From NCBI GenBank assembly GCA_017999835.1, contig JAGNLA010000002.1, positions 99,635 to 163,634 on the forward strand: 64,000 nucleotides of DNA. Reading direction: 5' to 3'. This DNA comes from Caldisericia bacterium. Lineage in GTDB: Bacteria; Caldisericota; Caldisericia; JAAYUI01. Both the position numbers and the translations under genes were made by a program. The notes under the pieces are model-generated. The model saw only the letters and a list, made by a program, of their open reading frames with translations, was not told the origin of the DNA and made no database searches. Positions 20,371 through 29,479 of the stretch are shown here, piece after piece. Each line of letters starts with the position of its first letter. Within the stretch, counting starts at the first letter, position 1.

Positions 20371-20590
20371 TAATTTTCACTATCAAGGACGAGATTGTCA
20401 AGGCCAATATTTGTTGCTCTTGACCAAAACAGCTCATTAAAATCAAATGAAGCTGAGTCCTGTCTAAGTTCGGGATAAAAAACATGTTTTGCAGTCTATT
20501 TCTATATTTATCTAGATTTCGGAAATTTATTTACTGGTTAGAGATTTTCGGGTGGGTCGATTTCTCAACCCACCACATCTGATTATTCGG

Positions 20591-23500
20591 TTACTTGAGA
20601 GAAACACCAAGGTTTGCAAACAGCACAACCAGAGGAATGCACTGCTTTTTGTCCCACTCAACAAGATTGAGCAGAAGCGATGCTCCAGACTTGTTCACAA
20701 ACAACACCATGTTTTTGTTGGCCAGATATTTGAATGAATTTGCCTTGGTAACTGTCACCTCTTTGGTGGAAAACGGCACGGTGACGCCTTCCTTCCAGTT
20801 GTACTGGAAAGACGTTGCTCTTATGACATCTCCTCGGGACAGCCCATTCAGGCAGTCAGGCCTGTCCAGTTTCAAACCTTTATCAGCCTTGGAATTGCCT
20901 ATCGAAATTGATATCGTCGAATCAAATCCTTTCAGTATCTCATTGAGTTTCTTCGTATCGCTGAGTCTGTCCACGATTGTGAAACTGCCTTTGGTGGCAA
21001 AACTCTTTTTCAGGTTGGCAACGTTGACCGATGATGCATCTTTTCCAGCAATGTAATTGATGCCCATGGTTTTACCTGTTGCAAAACCAAGATTTTTTAC
21101 AAACGCCGCGGCACTGGTCGAGAACGTGTACACCGATTTGCCTCCCCTTGCCGTCTGGGCAACAGAAAGCAACTCGGACAGAACCTCGGCGCACCTTGGC
21201 TCGGAGGCTATTTTTTGGGCAACAACTATAGACGAGACCACGCCCTTGCCTGCCAACTCAAAAGCCGTTGCAAACGAACCTTTCGATGTGCCGACTTCGG
21301 CAATCGGGATAGTCACCAAACCAGTTGACCATTCAAAACATCCCATTGAGATGATGTTGTCACCAGCAAAATATCTTAAAACCTTGTCGGCTGGATAGTT
21401 TTTTGTCTTTCTTGTCCAGGTGATGGTTGTGAAGTTCAGGTCTGTTGAGCTGTTCTTGCGGAAGCTGAAGCTGGTCTTGTATCCAAACGATGGCATGACC
21501 CCTTCTTTTTGGGGAAACAGCACCACAGGCTTGATGCCTTTTTTTATCAGGGCATCGTACTCACCTGCCTTGAAGGTGTTTGGAGCAATGACAACTGGGT
21601 TGGTTTTGATGTCAGCAGCCTTGGTGGCCAAAGTGCAATTTATGCCAGCAGTTTTGAAGCTGTCAAACGTGCTCTGGTTGGCGTAAAGGGTAAACTTTGG
21701 AATCGACCATTGCTTTGGGTAAACCGTGAAGGTTATGGTTTGAGAGTAGGTTTCCTTGTCGCCATCGTACAGGGCAAGCTTCCAGGCAACATTCTTTTTT
21801 GTGGTCACCTTTGGCATGGAAAGGGTTATTGTTCTTGCACCAGATTCGGTCACTTTGTATGGTAGCGTCCATTTTTCGTTTCTACCTTCAAAAGATGACG
21901 TCAGGGTGAGATTTCTTGCCACTTCGGAAAAGTTTTGCACAGTAACAGTTCTAGAAACGTCAGTGCCTGAATAGAAGTCGCAATCGCGTTCCCTGACAAA
22001 GAACCTCATTGGAGTGAAAACATCTTTTACAGCCAAAGGCACTATCTGTTCAGGAACCAGCGGTTTCCAGTCTTCAAGGGGATTCCACGGACAGAAGCCG
22101 TCAACGCCCTGCTCCCTGAAAGCCTGAACATACATAGAAAACAGCCTTTCCTTCTGCCTGTACCTGTAGGCAGGGATGTCCTCGTATGCGATGTCGCCTT
22201 CGGTAACCGTTGGTGTGTGGGTTGAGTCCGGCAGCCAGAGCACCTCGCCCATGTAAAGCGGTTTGCCTCTGTTCCACTTGTAGTTTGTGGATGGATACAT
22301 ATCAGTCATGAATGTTTCTGAGAGAAAATAGGCGTCCTCTGGATAGGTCACATGGGCAGTGGGTTCGTACGGATAGTGGAGGTTGGCAATGTCTGTTGAG
22401 CTGTTCGGATCATCATCACCTTCACACTCAACCAGCCTACCAGACATCTCTTTGACGTATTTTGCCATGGCGGCGATTTTGTCTTTGAAGTTGCTCTTGG
22501 TCGAACCACCTGTCAAAAGCAGCTCGTTTTCTATTGAAGCGATGACCCACGAAGGATGGTTGTAGTCACGCAAAATATGTTCGTTCCACATGCGTTTGAG
22601 GTTGTTCCAGAAAACATCCGATTCGTTGTCATAGGGCAACCCCATGCACCAGGCTGCGGACTCGTCTACAATGAGCAAACCTTGCCTGTCAGCCTCGTCA
22701 AGGAACTCTTCTGGGTACGGGTTGGCATGAAGTCTGAGGCAGTTGGAGTTCATGGCTTTAGCCTGAGAGATGACGGTCTTTGCGTAATCAGCCGGCAACG
22801 GTTGTTTTGGTTCATTGCCATAATGCTTGGAGGTGCCACGAAGGATTATCCTGTTGCCGTTGAGGTAGAAGTCACCCATCCTGGACTCAAACTCCCTGAA
22901 ACCAAAAGTTTTCTCGGTTCTGTGAATGTCCTTGCCATCTTTCGACAAAACAATAATGCATCTATACAGGTTTGGGTTTTCCGGACTCCAGAGTTTTGGG
23001 TTGACCCAGTCAACGTCAAACTCCGCCTTGGCGCCGTCCCTTGAGATGTCGACCACAGTTTCGCCAATGTTTTGCGCAGGTAACCCGTCAAGGGACTCAA
23101 TCCATGATGTAACATTGCACCCATTCTGTCTTTCTATGTGTGGCGCAAGCAGGTCAACCCTGACTGCTATCTTTTTGTTTGTAACCGATGTCTTTATCCA
23201 GACGTTGTCGATGAAAGCATCGGGGAGCCTGACGATGCTTGCTGGCAAGATAAGTCCACAAACAGCAACCGTTGAGCCGATCGGGTAGATGAGCGAGTTC
23301 TTTGGGTAGTCTTCCTTACTCAGTTTGTCGGAATAGGTGCCAGGCTTGAAACAGGCAGAATAATCTGTAGCTCCCAAGACAACATCATTCTTACCTTGCT
23401 TTGCAAGGGCTGTCAGGTCGAAGGTAAACGGCAGATAGCCACCCATGTGAGTGCCAGCCAGTTTTCCGTTTACCCAGAGCTTTGCCTTGTGATTCACTGC

Positions 23501-23791
23501 CCCAAGCCTGATTTTGATGACACCTTTGCCATCCCAGTCAAACGCGCCTTTGTAATAGGCAGAGTGAAACTTCGATGGCCTGACCCAAGGCATTGGGTGG
23601 AGAAATTCTTGCCAACCGGTGGCTGGCATCTTTGCCAAATCAGTGTCCAGGTCAGGAGTGCCAACCCATTGCGAAAATACCGGGTCTTTTACGGTTTTCC
23701 CAATTGGCGGGTTGGCGATCAGCTGGTCACCAAAAACCAATCCGGCAAAAACAAGAACAATAACCAATCCAAATATTGTCAGTCTTTTCAT
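20591..23791 (-). CDS. Secreted glycoside hydrolase family 2 protein (beta-galactosidase / mannosidase / glucuronidase-like).
   Basis: Signal peptide. GH2 sugar-binding and TIM-barrel region 'NGNRIILRGTSKHYGNEP...NCLRLHANPYPEEFLDEADRQGLLIVDE'. 1066 aa. Confidence 0.65.
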   Translation of the reverse strand: MKRLTIFGLVIVLVFAGLVFGDQLIANPPIGKTVKDPVFSQWVGTPDLDTDLAKMPATGWQEFLHPMPWVRPSKFHSAYYKGAFDWDGKGVIKIRLGAVNHKAKLWVNGKLAGTHMGGYLPFTFDLTALAKQGKNDVVLGATDYSACFKPGTYSDKLSKEDYPKNSLIYPIGSTVAVCGLILPASIVRLPDAFIDNVWIKTSVTNKKIAVRVDLLAPHIERQNGCNVTSWIESLDGLPAQNIGETVVDISRDGAKAEFDVDWVNPKLWSPENPNLYRCIIVLSKDGKDIHRTEKTFGFREFESRMGDFYLNGNRIILRGTSKHYGNEPKQPLPADYAKTVISQAKAMNSNCLRLHANPYPEEFLDEADRQGLLIVDESAAWCMGLPYDNESDVFWNNLKRMWNEHILRDYNHPSWVIASIENELLLTGGSTKSNFKDKIAAMAKYVKEMSGRLVECEGDDDPNSSTDIANLHYPYEPTAHVTYPEDAYFLSETFMTDMYPSTNYKWNRGKPLYMGEVLWLPDSTHTPTVTEGDIAYEDIPAYRYRQKERLFSMYVQAFREQGVDGFCPWNPLEDWKPLVPEQIVPLAVKDVFTPMRFFVRERDCDFYSGTDVSRTVTVQNFSEVARNLTLTSSFEGRNEKWTLPYKVTESGARTITLSMPKVTTKKNVAWKLALYDGDKETYSQTITFTVYPKQWSIPKFTLYANQSTFDSFKTAGINCTLATKAADIKTNPVVIAPNTFKAGEYDALIKKGIKPVVLFPQKEGVMPSFGYKTSFSFRKNSSTDLNFTTITWTRKTKNYPADKVLRYFAGDNIISMGCFEWSTGLVTIPIAEVGTSKGSFATAFELAGKGVVSSIVVAQKIASEPRCAEVLSELLSVAQTARGGKSVYTFSTSAAAFVKNLGFATGKTMGINYIAGKDASSVNVANLKKSFATKGSFTIVDRLSDTKKLNEILKGFDSTISISIGNSKADKGLKLDRPDCLNGLSRGDVIRATSFQYNWKEGVTVPFSTKEVTVTKANSFKYLANKNMVLFVNKSGASLLLNLVEWDKKQCIPLVVLFANLGVSLK

Positions 23792-23945
23792 TGTATACTC
23801 CTATATCCTTTTGAAGACTGATACGATTGTCAACCGACAATTGTCAGCTAATTAAAAAATACTACATGGAGAATCGATCAGAGATCGGTTCTACCAAAAA
23901 AAGATTTCGCCTTCAAAAAGTTACCGCAACATCGAAAAGTATTTT

Positions 23946-24320
23946 TTACTGTGGTGTTGCTCCGGTATAGATTTTAAGAGTATTTACCAAACTCGTCGGC
24001 GAGAATGGCTTGGTGAGATATTCCGTAGCACCTAGCTTTATGGCTTTGTCCCTGTCCTCTTTTTGACCCCTGCATGTCAGGACTATAACAGGCAGATCAG
24101 TTATCCCCATGCTTTCCCTTATGTTTTGAAGCACATCGAAACCGGAGATGGTCGGTAGCATGAGATCAAGCACAACCAGATCGGGCTTTTTGTCCATGAT
24201 GGCACTGATGGCAGTTTCACCGTCATCAGCAATCCTTACTTCATACCCGTTTGATTCAAGCACAAACTTTATCAGCTTTGCGATGGCTATCTCATCGTCA
24301 ACAACCAGAACGTCGATCAT
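23946..24320 (-). CDS. Stand-alone response-regulator receiver domain (CheY-like).
   Basis: 'VLVVDDE', a phospho-acceptor 'VLDLMLP' Asp, and 'KP' near the C-terminus. Start at the ATG at 24320 with RBS GGAGGAGG. Confidence 0.85.
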   Translation of the reverse strand: MIDVLVVDDEIAIAKLIKFVLESNGYEVRIADDGETAISAIMDKKPDLVVLDLMLPTISGFDVLQNIRESMGITDLPVIVLTCRGQKEDRDKAIKLGATEYLTKPFSPTSLVNTLKIYTGATPQ

Positions 24321-24805
24321 TTTCCAGCCTCCTCCGAACGATTCCATGGCCTGAGCGGATTTTTTGAAAGAATGTATACATCAGCAGGCATCACCTCACC
24401 AGTAGCCTCGTTAAACAACGGGGTACCTCCAAGATACATCGTGTCCTGTGGGTCACCAAATCTATTTTTGTCATTCCTGTCAGCCCAGACGTTGAAAGCA
24501 TCCTCTTCTCCAGGCGCAAAGGTTGACAGCCAACTCTGATCGATATCGTTCCAAGGTCTTTGACGATGATTTGATCTGATGTAGTCGTACCTGTCTGCTG
24601 GCAAGCCATCGGGATATGTTGTTCCCTTTTGGTTTCCGAAAGTATCAAACCCGTTCCAAACAAGCCACGCTTCAATCATTGGCTTCTCATCTTCAAGCAC
24701 CGGCCCGACGGTCTTTGGACCAAACACGATCACAGAAACAACAATTGCCGCAATGAGCATTACACCCGATATCACAACCGCAACCGGAACAGGTTTCTTC
24801 ACCAC
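24317..24805 (-). CDS. Membrane-anchored hypothetical protein, cotranscribed with the receiver domain.
   Basis: N-terminal TM helix. Its stop overlaps the start of the response regulator. Confidence 0.4.
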   Translation of the reverse strand: MVKKPVPVAVVISGVMLIAAIVVSVIVFGPKTVGPVLEDEKPMIEAWLVWNGFDTFGNQKGTTYPDGLPADRYDYIRSNHRQRPWNDIDQSWLSTFAPGEEDAFNVWADRNDKNRFGDPQDTMYLGGTPLFNEATGEVMPADVYILSKNPLRPWNRSEEAGK

Positions 24806-24893
24806 AATTCACTCCTCAAGCTTTTCTTAAGCCTTGTCCAAATTATTATATAAATTTAACTATTAATTTCAAAGCGTCTGGCAAAGTGGCCAA

Positions 24894-27800
24894 CTATGGG
24901 CGATATCCATATGGAAAATAGATGCCAACCTGTTTTGTCGAGGCATTCCAGGTTGTCTCAGCCTGAAAAGCGTCTGCCACGAACCTTACAGGTACAAACG
25001 TTGTCCCGTTCTTAACAACCGGTGGCGGGGAAACCTGAACCTTCATACCAGAAACAACCGCTTCGGGGCTACCAACAACCAACACTACTGATTTCCAACC
25101 TCTTTTGATGGTTATCATTTTTGTTCTTGCCTCATAGGCAACCGTACATTTGAGCGATTCAGCTATGAACCTGAACGGCACCATGGTTTTACCGGTTTTT
25201 GAGTCGATAAATGGAGTGCCGGAAATTGATATGGCTTTCCCATCGACAATCGCCTCTTTTGAACCAACTTTCATGATTATCGAAATATTGGGCGCAAGCG
25301 GCTGAGCCTGAACAGTTGACGGCAGTGCCAATGTTTTACCATAATACGGGGTCACCGTGATGGTGTAGATCGTCTCAAAATCAAGATTGTCAAGCTTGAG
25401 ACTTGTCGTTGACGCATCTAGGGTTTTGCTGGTTTTTGACATAACCTTGAGCATATATGTTTCTTCAATATCAACCTTGTAGCCTGTTGCCTGTTCAACA
25501 TTGTATGCTGGCTTTTCCCAGGTAATCATCAGCGATTGAGCCCCGGGTACAGCTTTCAAGTTGTTGACAACCCTGTCGGCGATATTTGAGGCCTGAACAT
25601 CAACCTTCACCGGGACGACAACGGCTAGTTCTTTGGTCGCAACAGTCACTGAACTCTGCCACGATCCTGGTTGAAGGTTTTCAAGAATGCAAACATTGAC
25701 ACGTTTGGACTGACCCTCTTCAACATGAAGAGACTCAACTGTTGCCGAAAGCGATGGGCTTTCTGTTGTTACGGCAAGATCAACTGCGCCAGGACCCAGG
25801 TTTTTTACCGTGAAACCATCACAAATATTTTTTGTCTGTCTTCTGGTGCCAAAGTCAAGAATAGTCTTGTCTATCTGGATTTTTGCCTGTGGTTTGTCCG
25901 ATTTCACATAGATGCCTGCTGAGTTTGAAAGCTCTGATTTCCCACCATCAGAGCAGATGGTCATGACCTTGTACTGATAGTATTTGCCCCACTCAACAGC
26001 ATTGTCGACAAACGAAGCTTCGGTCACCGGTGTGTTTGTGATCCTGTTATAGGTCTCATCGTTATCGCGCTTGTAGACATACCACCCAAGCGGATTTTCA
26101 ACCTTTGTCTTCCACGAAAGTTTCACAGAGCCGTTTTCAACCGCAGCTGTAACATCCAGGTTTTCATTGCATGATTGCTGCTCATCCTGACCGTACTGCA
26201 GATACCATAACGTGTGGGCTACTTTTGCCGAACCGTCGCTTGCGGTGACATGGAACCTGATTGTCTTTGGGTTCGCAAGGAGCTTGAGCGGTACCGGAAA
26301 CGACAGTCTGCCGTCTCCATACCTGATTCCTAAAAAATCGCCTGTTTTGGTCTTGGTTCCGTCAGGATTGAACCTGTAAACAAAACCAAGGGTTTTGGTC
26401 AGTTCAATTGTGTTGTCGATGCCTGCTGGATTGCCAGCTGTTTTTGGGATGCCTGTCAGAGGGTTTGCATCCTGGTCAACCCAGACAGTAACTGAGCCTT
26501 TATCAAGGTTTGACACGGTTATTCTCATGTAAAGATTGGCAGTGTCAGAAATACACTCCACTTTTCTTATGTCGAGTGGATAACCTCTGGCTGGTTCGGA
26601 ATAAAGCGTCTGATACTGCAGGTACATGAGCTTTCCCGGGAGTTCGTTCTTTGTTGAACAATCCCAGTCAGCCTCCACGGCCTTGAACGCTCCACAGGCA
26701 AACTTCGCCCTTATCTTGTCAGGGCTGCCTATCCTGTTCTTCTTGACTGTCATCTGGCAGATGCCCTTTTCAAAGTCGAGTGTGCCATCGTTGAGCGAAG
26801 GCTGGTTGTAGCCCATGCCTTTTGAGGCGGTGTAGAGTTTTGTTCTTACAGCTCTAGATTCAGTTGCCACTTCCATGATGTAATCTTCGTAGTTGTCACC
26901 AAACTTTATGCCTTCAAAGCCAACGTTTGGCTTGCCATCTGTGTCAAGCATCGCCCAGATCTTGAGGTCGCAATCGCCCATGCCTTTGAGGCTGTTTGCA
27001 AAGTTGAACACAAACTTCAGGTTCTCGTCGTCTTCGAAAACCTCGACTCTTGTCATGAACAGATGCTTGCCAACCTGGGGCTGGTTTGACCAGACAACTG
27101 CATCAGGGTTTGTCGCTGCGTTAACAGCGTATCTGGTTATCGGGAGAACGATGTTATCCCAAACAAGATTTACATGCTCGATGCCAGTTTGGTTTATAAC
27201 CGGTGAAGTCACAAGATATCTTTTGGTGTCAATCTTTTCGACTTTCCAACCGCTAACGGCGGTTGTGCCTGTCAGGTCATAGATGATGTGTTCAGGAGAA
27301 AGGTCAGGTTCTACGGTTTGATAAGTTCTTGCCACAACCTTGAAGTCAAGCTTGCAAGGATCGCCAATGGCCAGCCTTGGGATTGAGAACTTTATCTCTT
27401 TGCCTGAAGCCTTTGCGTTGGCCAGTCCACCGGTTTCAACCGTGTCTGATGAGCTTTGATCCCATCTGTCGATGACAAACTTCTGGTCGCCATAGGCTGT
27501 TGAGAATCTGGCAAAGAAATCCTCGCCACCCATGTTGTATGAACGCTGGTAGAGTTTTGGCATGCCTGTGGTCGGGTTGAGGTCGGTGTCCATGGCAATG
27601 GAGATGAATGGATCCCCAGAGATATCTTCGAGCTTTGCGTTGAGCGTTATCCTGACATTTATGTACTGTACGTCGTGGGAGATATAGACTTTGTCAACAT
27701 CAACAGGAAAATCTGCATTTATTCCCGAGTCCCAGACAATTTTTTCTTCTGATTTTATGTCAGCTGTAAATTTTGGTGAACCGATTGGTTCTACTGGAAG

Positions 27801-27941
27801 AGTGACATCAATGCTGGCTTGCGTACCAGTCTCGCTCATCATTGCCAATGCCTTGGTCGTCAGACTCAATGCCTGAGAGTCGTGTTGCGGAATCATCTGC
27901 AATAAAAGCATGGCGCATATAAGCGGAATCAGTTTTCTCAT
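24894..27941 (-). CDS. Large secreted protein (1015 aa) with Ig/Fn3-like repeats and two C-terminal CAO-N domains.
   Basis: Signal peptide. C-terminal 'GKTMVPFRFIAESLKC' and 'NGTTFVPVRFVADAFQAETTW' CAO-N repeats. Confidence 0.5.
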   Translation of the reverse strand: MRKLIPLICAMLLLQMIPQHDSQALSLTTKALAMMSETGTQASIDVTLPVEPIGSPKFTADIKSEEKIVWDSGINADFPVDVDKVYISHDVQYINVRITLNAKLEDISGDPFISIAMDTDLNPTTGMPKLYQRSYNMGGEDFFARFSTAYGDQKFVIDRWDQSSSDTVETGGLANAKASGKEIKFSIPRLAIGDPCKLDFKVVARTYQTVEPDLSPEHIIYDLTGTTAVSGWKVEKIDTKRYLVTSPVINQTGIEHVNLVWDNIVLPITRYAVNAATNPDAVVWSNQPQVGKHLFMTRVEVFEDDENLKFVFNFANSLKGMGDCDLKIWAMLDTDGKPNVGFEGIKFGDNYEDYIMEVATESRAVRTKLYTASKGMGYNQPSLNDGTLDFEKGICQMTVKKNRIGSPDKIRAKFACGAFKAVEADWDCSTKNELPGKLMYLQYQTLYSEPARGYPLDIRKVECISDTANLYMRITVSNLDKGSVTVWVDQDANPLTGIPKTAGNPAGIDNTIELTKTLGFVYRFNPDGTKTKTGDFLGIRYGDGRLSFPVPLKLLANPKTIRFHVTASDGSAKVAHTLWYLQYGQDEQQSCNENLDVTAAVENGSVKLSWKTKVENPLGWYVYKRDNDETYNRITNTPVTEASFVDNAVEWGKYYQYKVMTICSDGGKSELSNSAGIYVKSDKPQAKIQIDKTILDFGTRRQTKNICDGFTVKNLGPGAVDLAVTTESPSLSATVESLHVEEGQSKRVNVCILENLQPGSWQSSVTVATKELAVVVPVKVDVQASNIADRVVNNLKAVPGAQSLMITWEKPAYNVEQATGYKVDIEETYMLKVMSKTSKTLDASTTSLKLDNLDFETIYTITVTPYYGKTLALPSTVQAQPLAPNISIIMKVGSKEAIVDGKAISISGTPFIDSKTGKTMVPFRFIAESLKCTVAYEARTKMITIKRGWKSVVLVVGSPEAVVSGMKVQVSPPPVVKNGTTFVPVRFVADAFQAETTWNASTKQVGIYFPYGYRP

Positions 27942-28083
27942 AGCAATTCACCTCGAAGCAATATTCTATTCTATAGGGAATATATTTGAAACAGAAAACA
28001 GGTTCGATGAAAAAATGAATTTACGCTTAAATACGGAAAAGCTCAAAAATGACGAGGAAAAGGTCAGTAGAAAAAAACTAGTT

Positions 28084-28638
28084 CTAACCTATGTATGTTC
28101 TCTGCTTTGCTCGCGCAAGCCAGGATTTTTTTATCAGACGAAGGACTTTTGTTCCACCGGTTTGGGTGCCAAACGGGGTGAAGCCAAGTGACAATGCCAG
28201 CGAGAGGCTTCGAGTGTTCCCAGGAGTAATAAAGGTATCGACGAAATATATTTCGTATTCCCTAAATATCTCGTCTAGAACCATGGAGCAGGCATCCTTG
28301 CCAAAACCTTTGCCCCACATGGCCTTGTCACCAATGACAATGAACAATTCGGCTTTGTGTTCGACCTCATAGACATGGCAGGTGATGTCACCGATGATGT
28401 TGCCATCGACATCAATTGCCCAAAGGTAATCGTTGTTTTCGGTACAGCTTTTGAACCAGCGATGGCTTTCCGAGATCGCCTGCTGGATAGTGAGAGGACG
28501 CGCGGCCAAATCAGGAGACAATCCCATTGTCAAAAGGATCTCTGGGTCTGTCATCCAATGAGCACGTTGAGTAAGATCCTGTTCGACCATTGGTCGAAGC
28601 ATAACATTCTGTCCACGAAGAACCTTCTTGACGGCCAC
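28084..28638 (-). CDS. GNAT-family N-acetyltransferase.
   Basis: 184 aa. 'IGDKAMWGKGFGKDA' acetyl-CoA-binding motif. Confidence 0.8.
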   Translation of the reverse strand: MAVKKVLRGQNVMLRPMVEQDLTQRAHWMTDPEILLTMGLSPDLAARPLTIQQAISESHRWFKSCTENNDYLWAIDVDGNIIGDITCHVYEVEHKAELFIVIGDKAMWGKGFGKDACSMVLDEIFREYEIYFVDTFITPGNTRSLSLALSLGFTPFGTQTGGTKVLRLIKKSWLARAKQRTYIG

Positions 28639-28924
28639 CTGCGTCTCCTTTCTCTAGCTATAATACTCCTATCTATTAAAATAGGTTTAGTCAAACAAAC
28701 TGTCAATAGATTAATTTCATTAATTGGTAACATCCCAGAGGTATTGCAATCGAAACAAATCATCTCTAAATGACGTTTAGTCACACTTTTCCAAAAAATT
28801 CTCTATAAAATCGAAAAACATCTGTTTTCGGATGATTTTCGTTACATTGTTGCACATGTTCTCCTATCAATAGACAGTTGACCGGCAACGAGATGGTTAT
28901 ACAATTTTCATTCAGGAGTGTGCC

Positions 28925-29479
28925 ATGCCAACAAGAGAAGAAGCTTATCAGCTTGTGACATCCAAGATTGCAAACAAAAATCTTGTCAAGCACATGCTCG
29001 CGCTCGAAGCGATCATGAGGGAGCTTGCGCCAATGTTTGACGGTGACCCCGAGGTCTGGGGACTTGCCGGTCTTGTCCATGACATCGACTATATGGAAAC
29101 CGAAAAAGACCCTTACAATCACGCGCTTTTAGGCGCAAAAATGCTTTCCGAGTTGGGTTACGCGCCTGATTTAGTCAAGGCTGTTGCAGCCCACAACCCG
29201 GAAAATGGCACGAAAATAGAATCAAAATTTGACCTTGCCCTTCACGTTGGCGATCCCCTCACAGGCCTCATCGTTGCCTGCGCGCTCATCCATCCAGCAA
29301 AAAAACTCGAAACAATAGATGTAGATTTTGTGATGAATCGTTTCGGCGAAAAACGTTTTGCAGCAGGCGCTAACCACGACCAGATTGCACGTTGCGCGGA
29401 ACTTGGCCTCGAACTGCCACAGTTTATTGACATCGGGCTTCGAGCCATGAAGAAAATCTCAAAGGAACTTGGCCTATAA
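28925..29479 (+). CDS. HD-domain phosphohydrolase.
   Basis: 'GLAGLVHDIDY' contains the His-Asp doublet. 184 aa. RBS aggag. Its stop overlaps the next start (TAATG). Confidence 0.65.
   Translation: MPTREEAYQLVTSKIANKNLVKHMLALEAIMRELAPMFDGDPEVWGLAGLVHDIDYMETEKDPYNHALLGAKMLSELGYAPDLVKAVAAHNPENGTKIESKFDLALHVGDPLTGLIVACALIHPAKKLETIDVDFVMNRFGEKRFAAGANHDQIARCAELGLELPQFIDIGLRAMKKISKELGL

Noticed and set aside
20552-20580. Hairpin ggtgggt-N10-acccacc after the GH2 gene stop.
   Set aside because: No adjacent U-tract on the relevant strand. At best it is a weak terminator.
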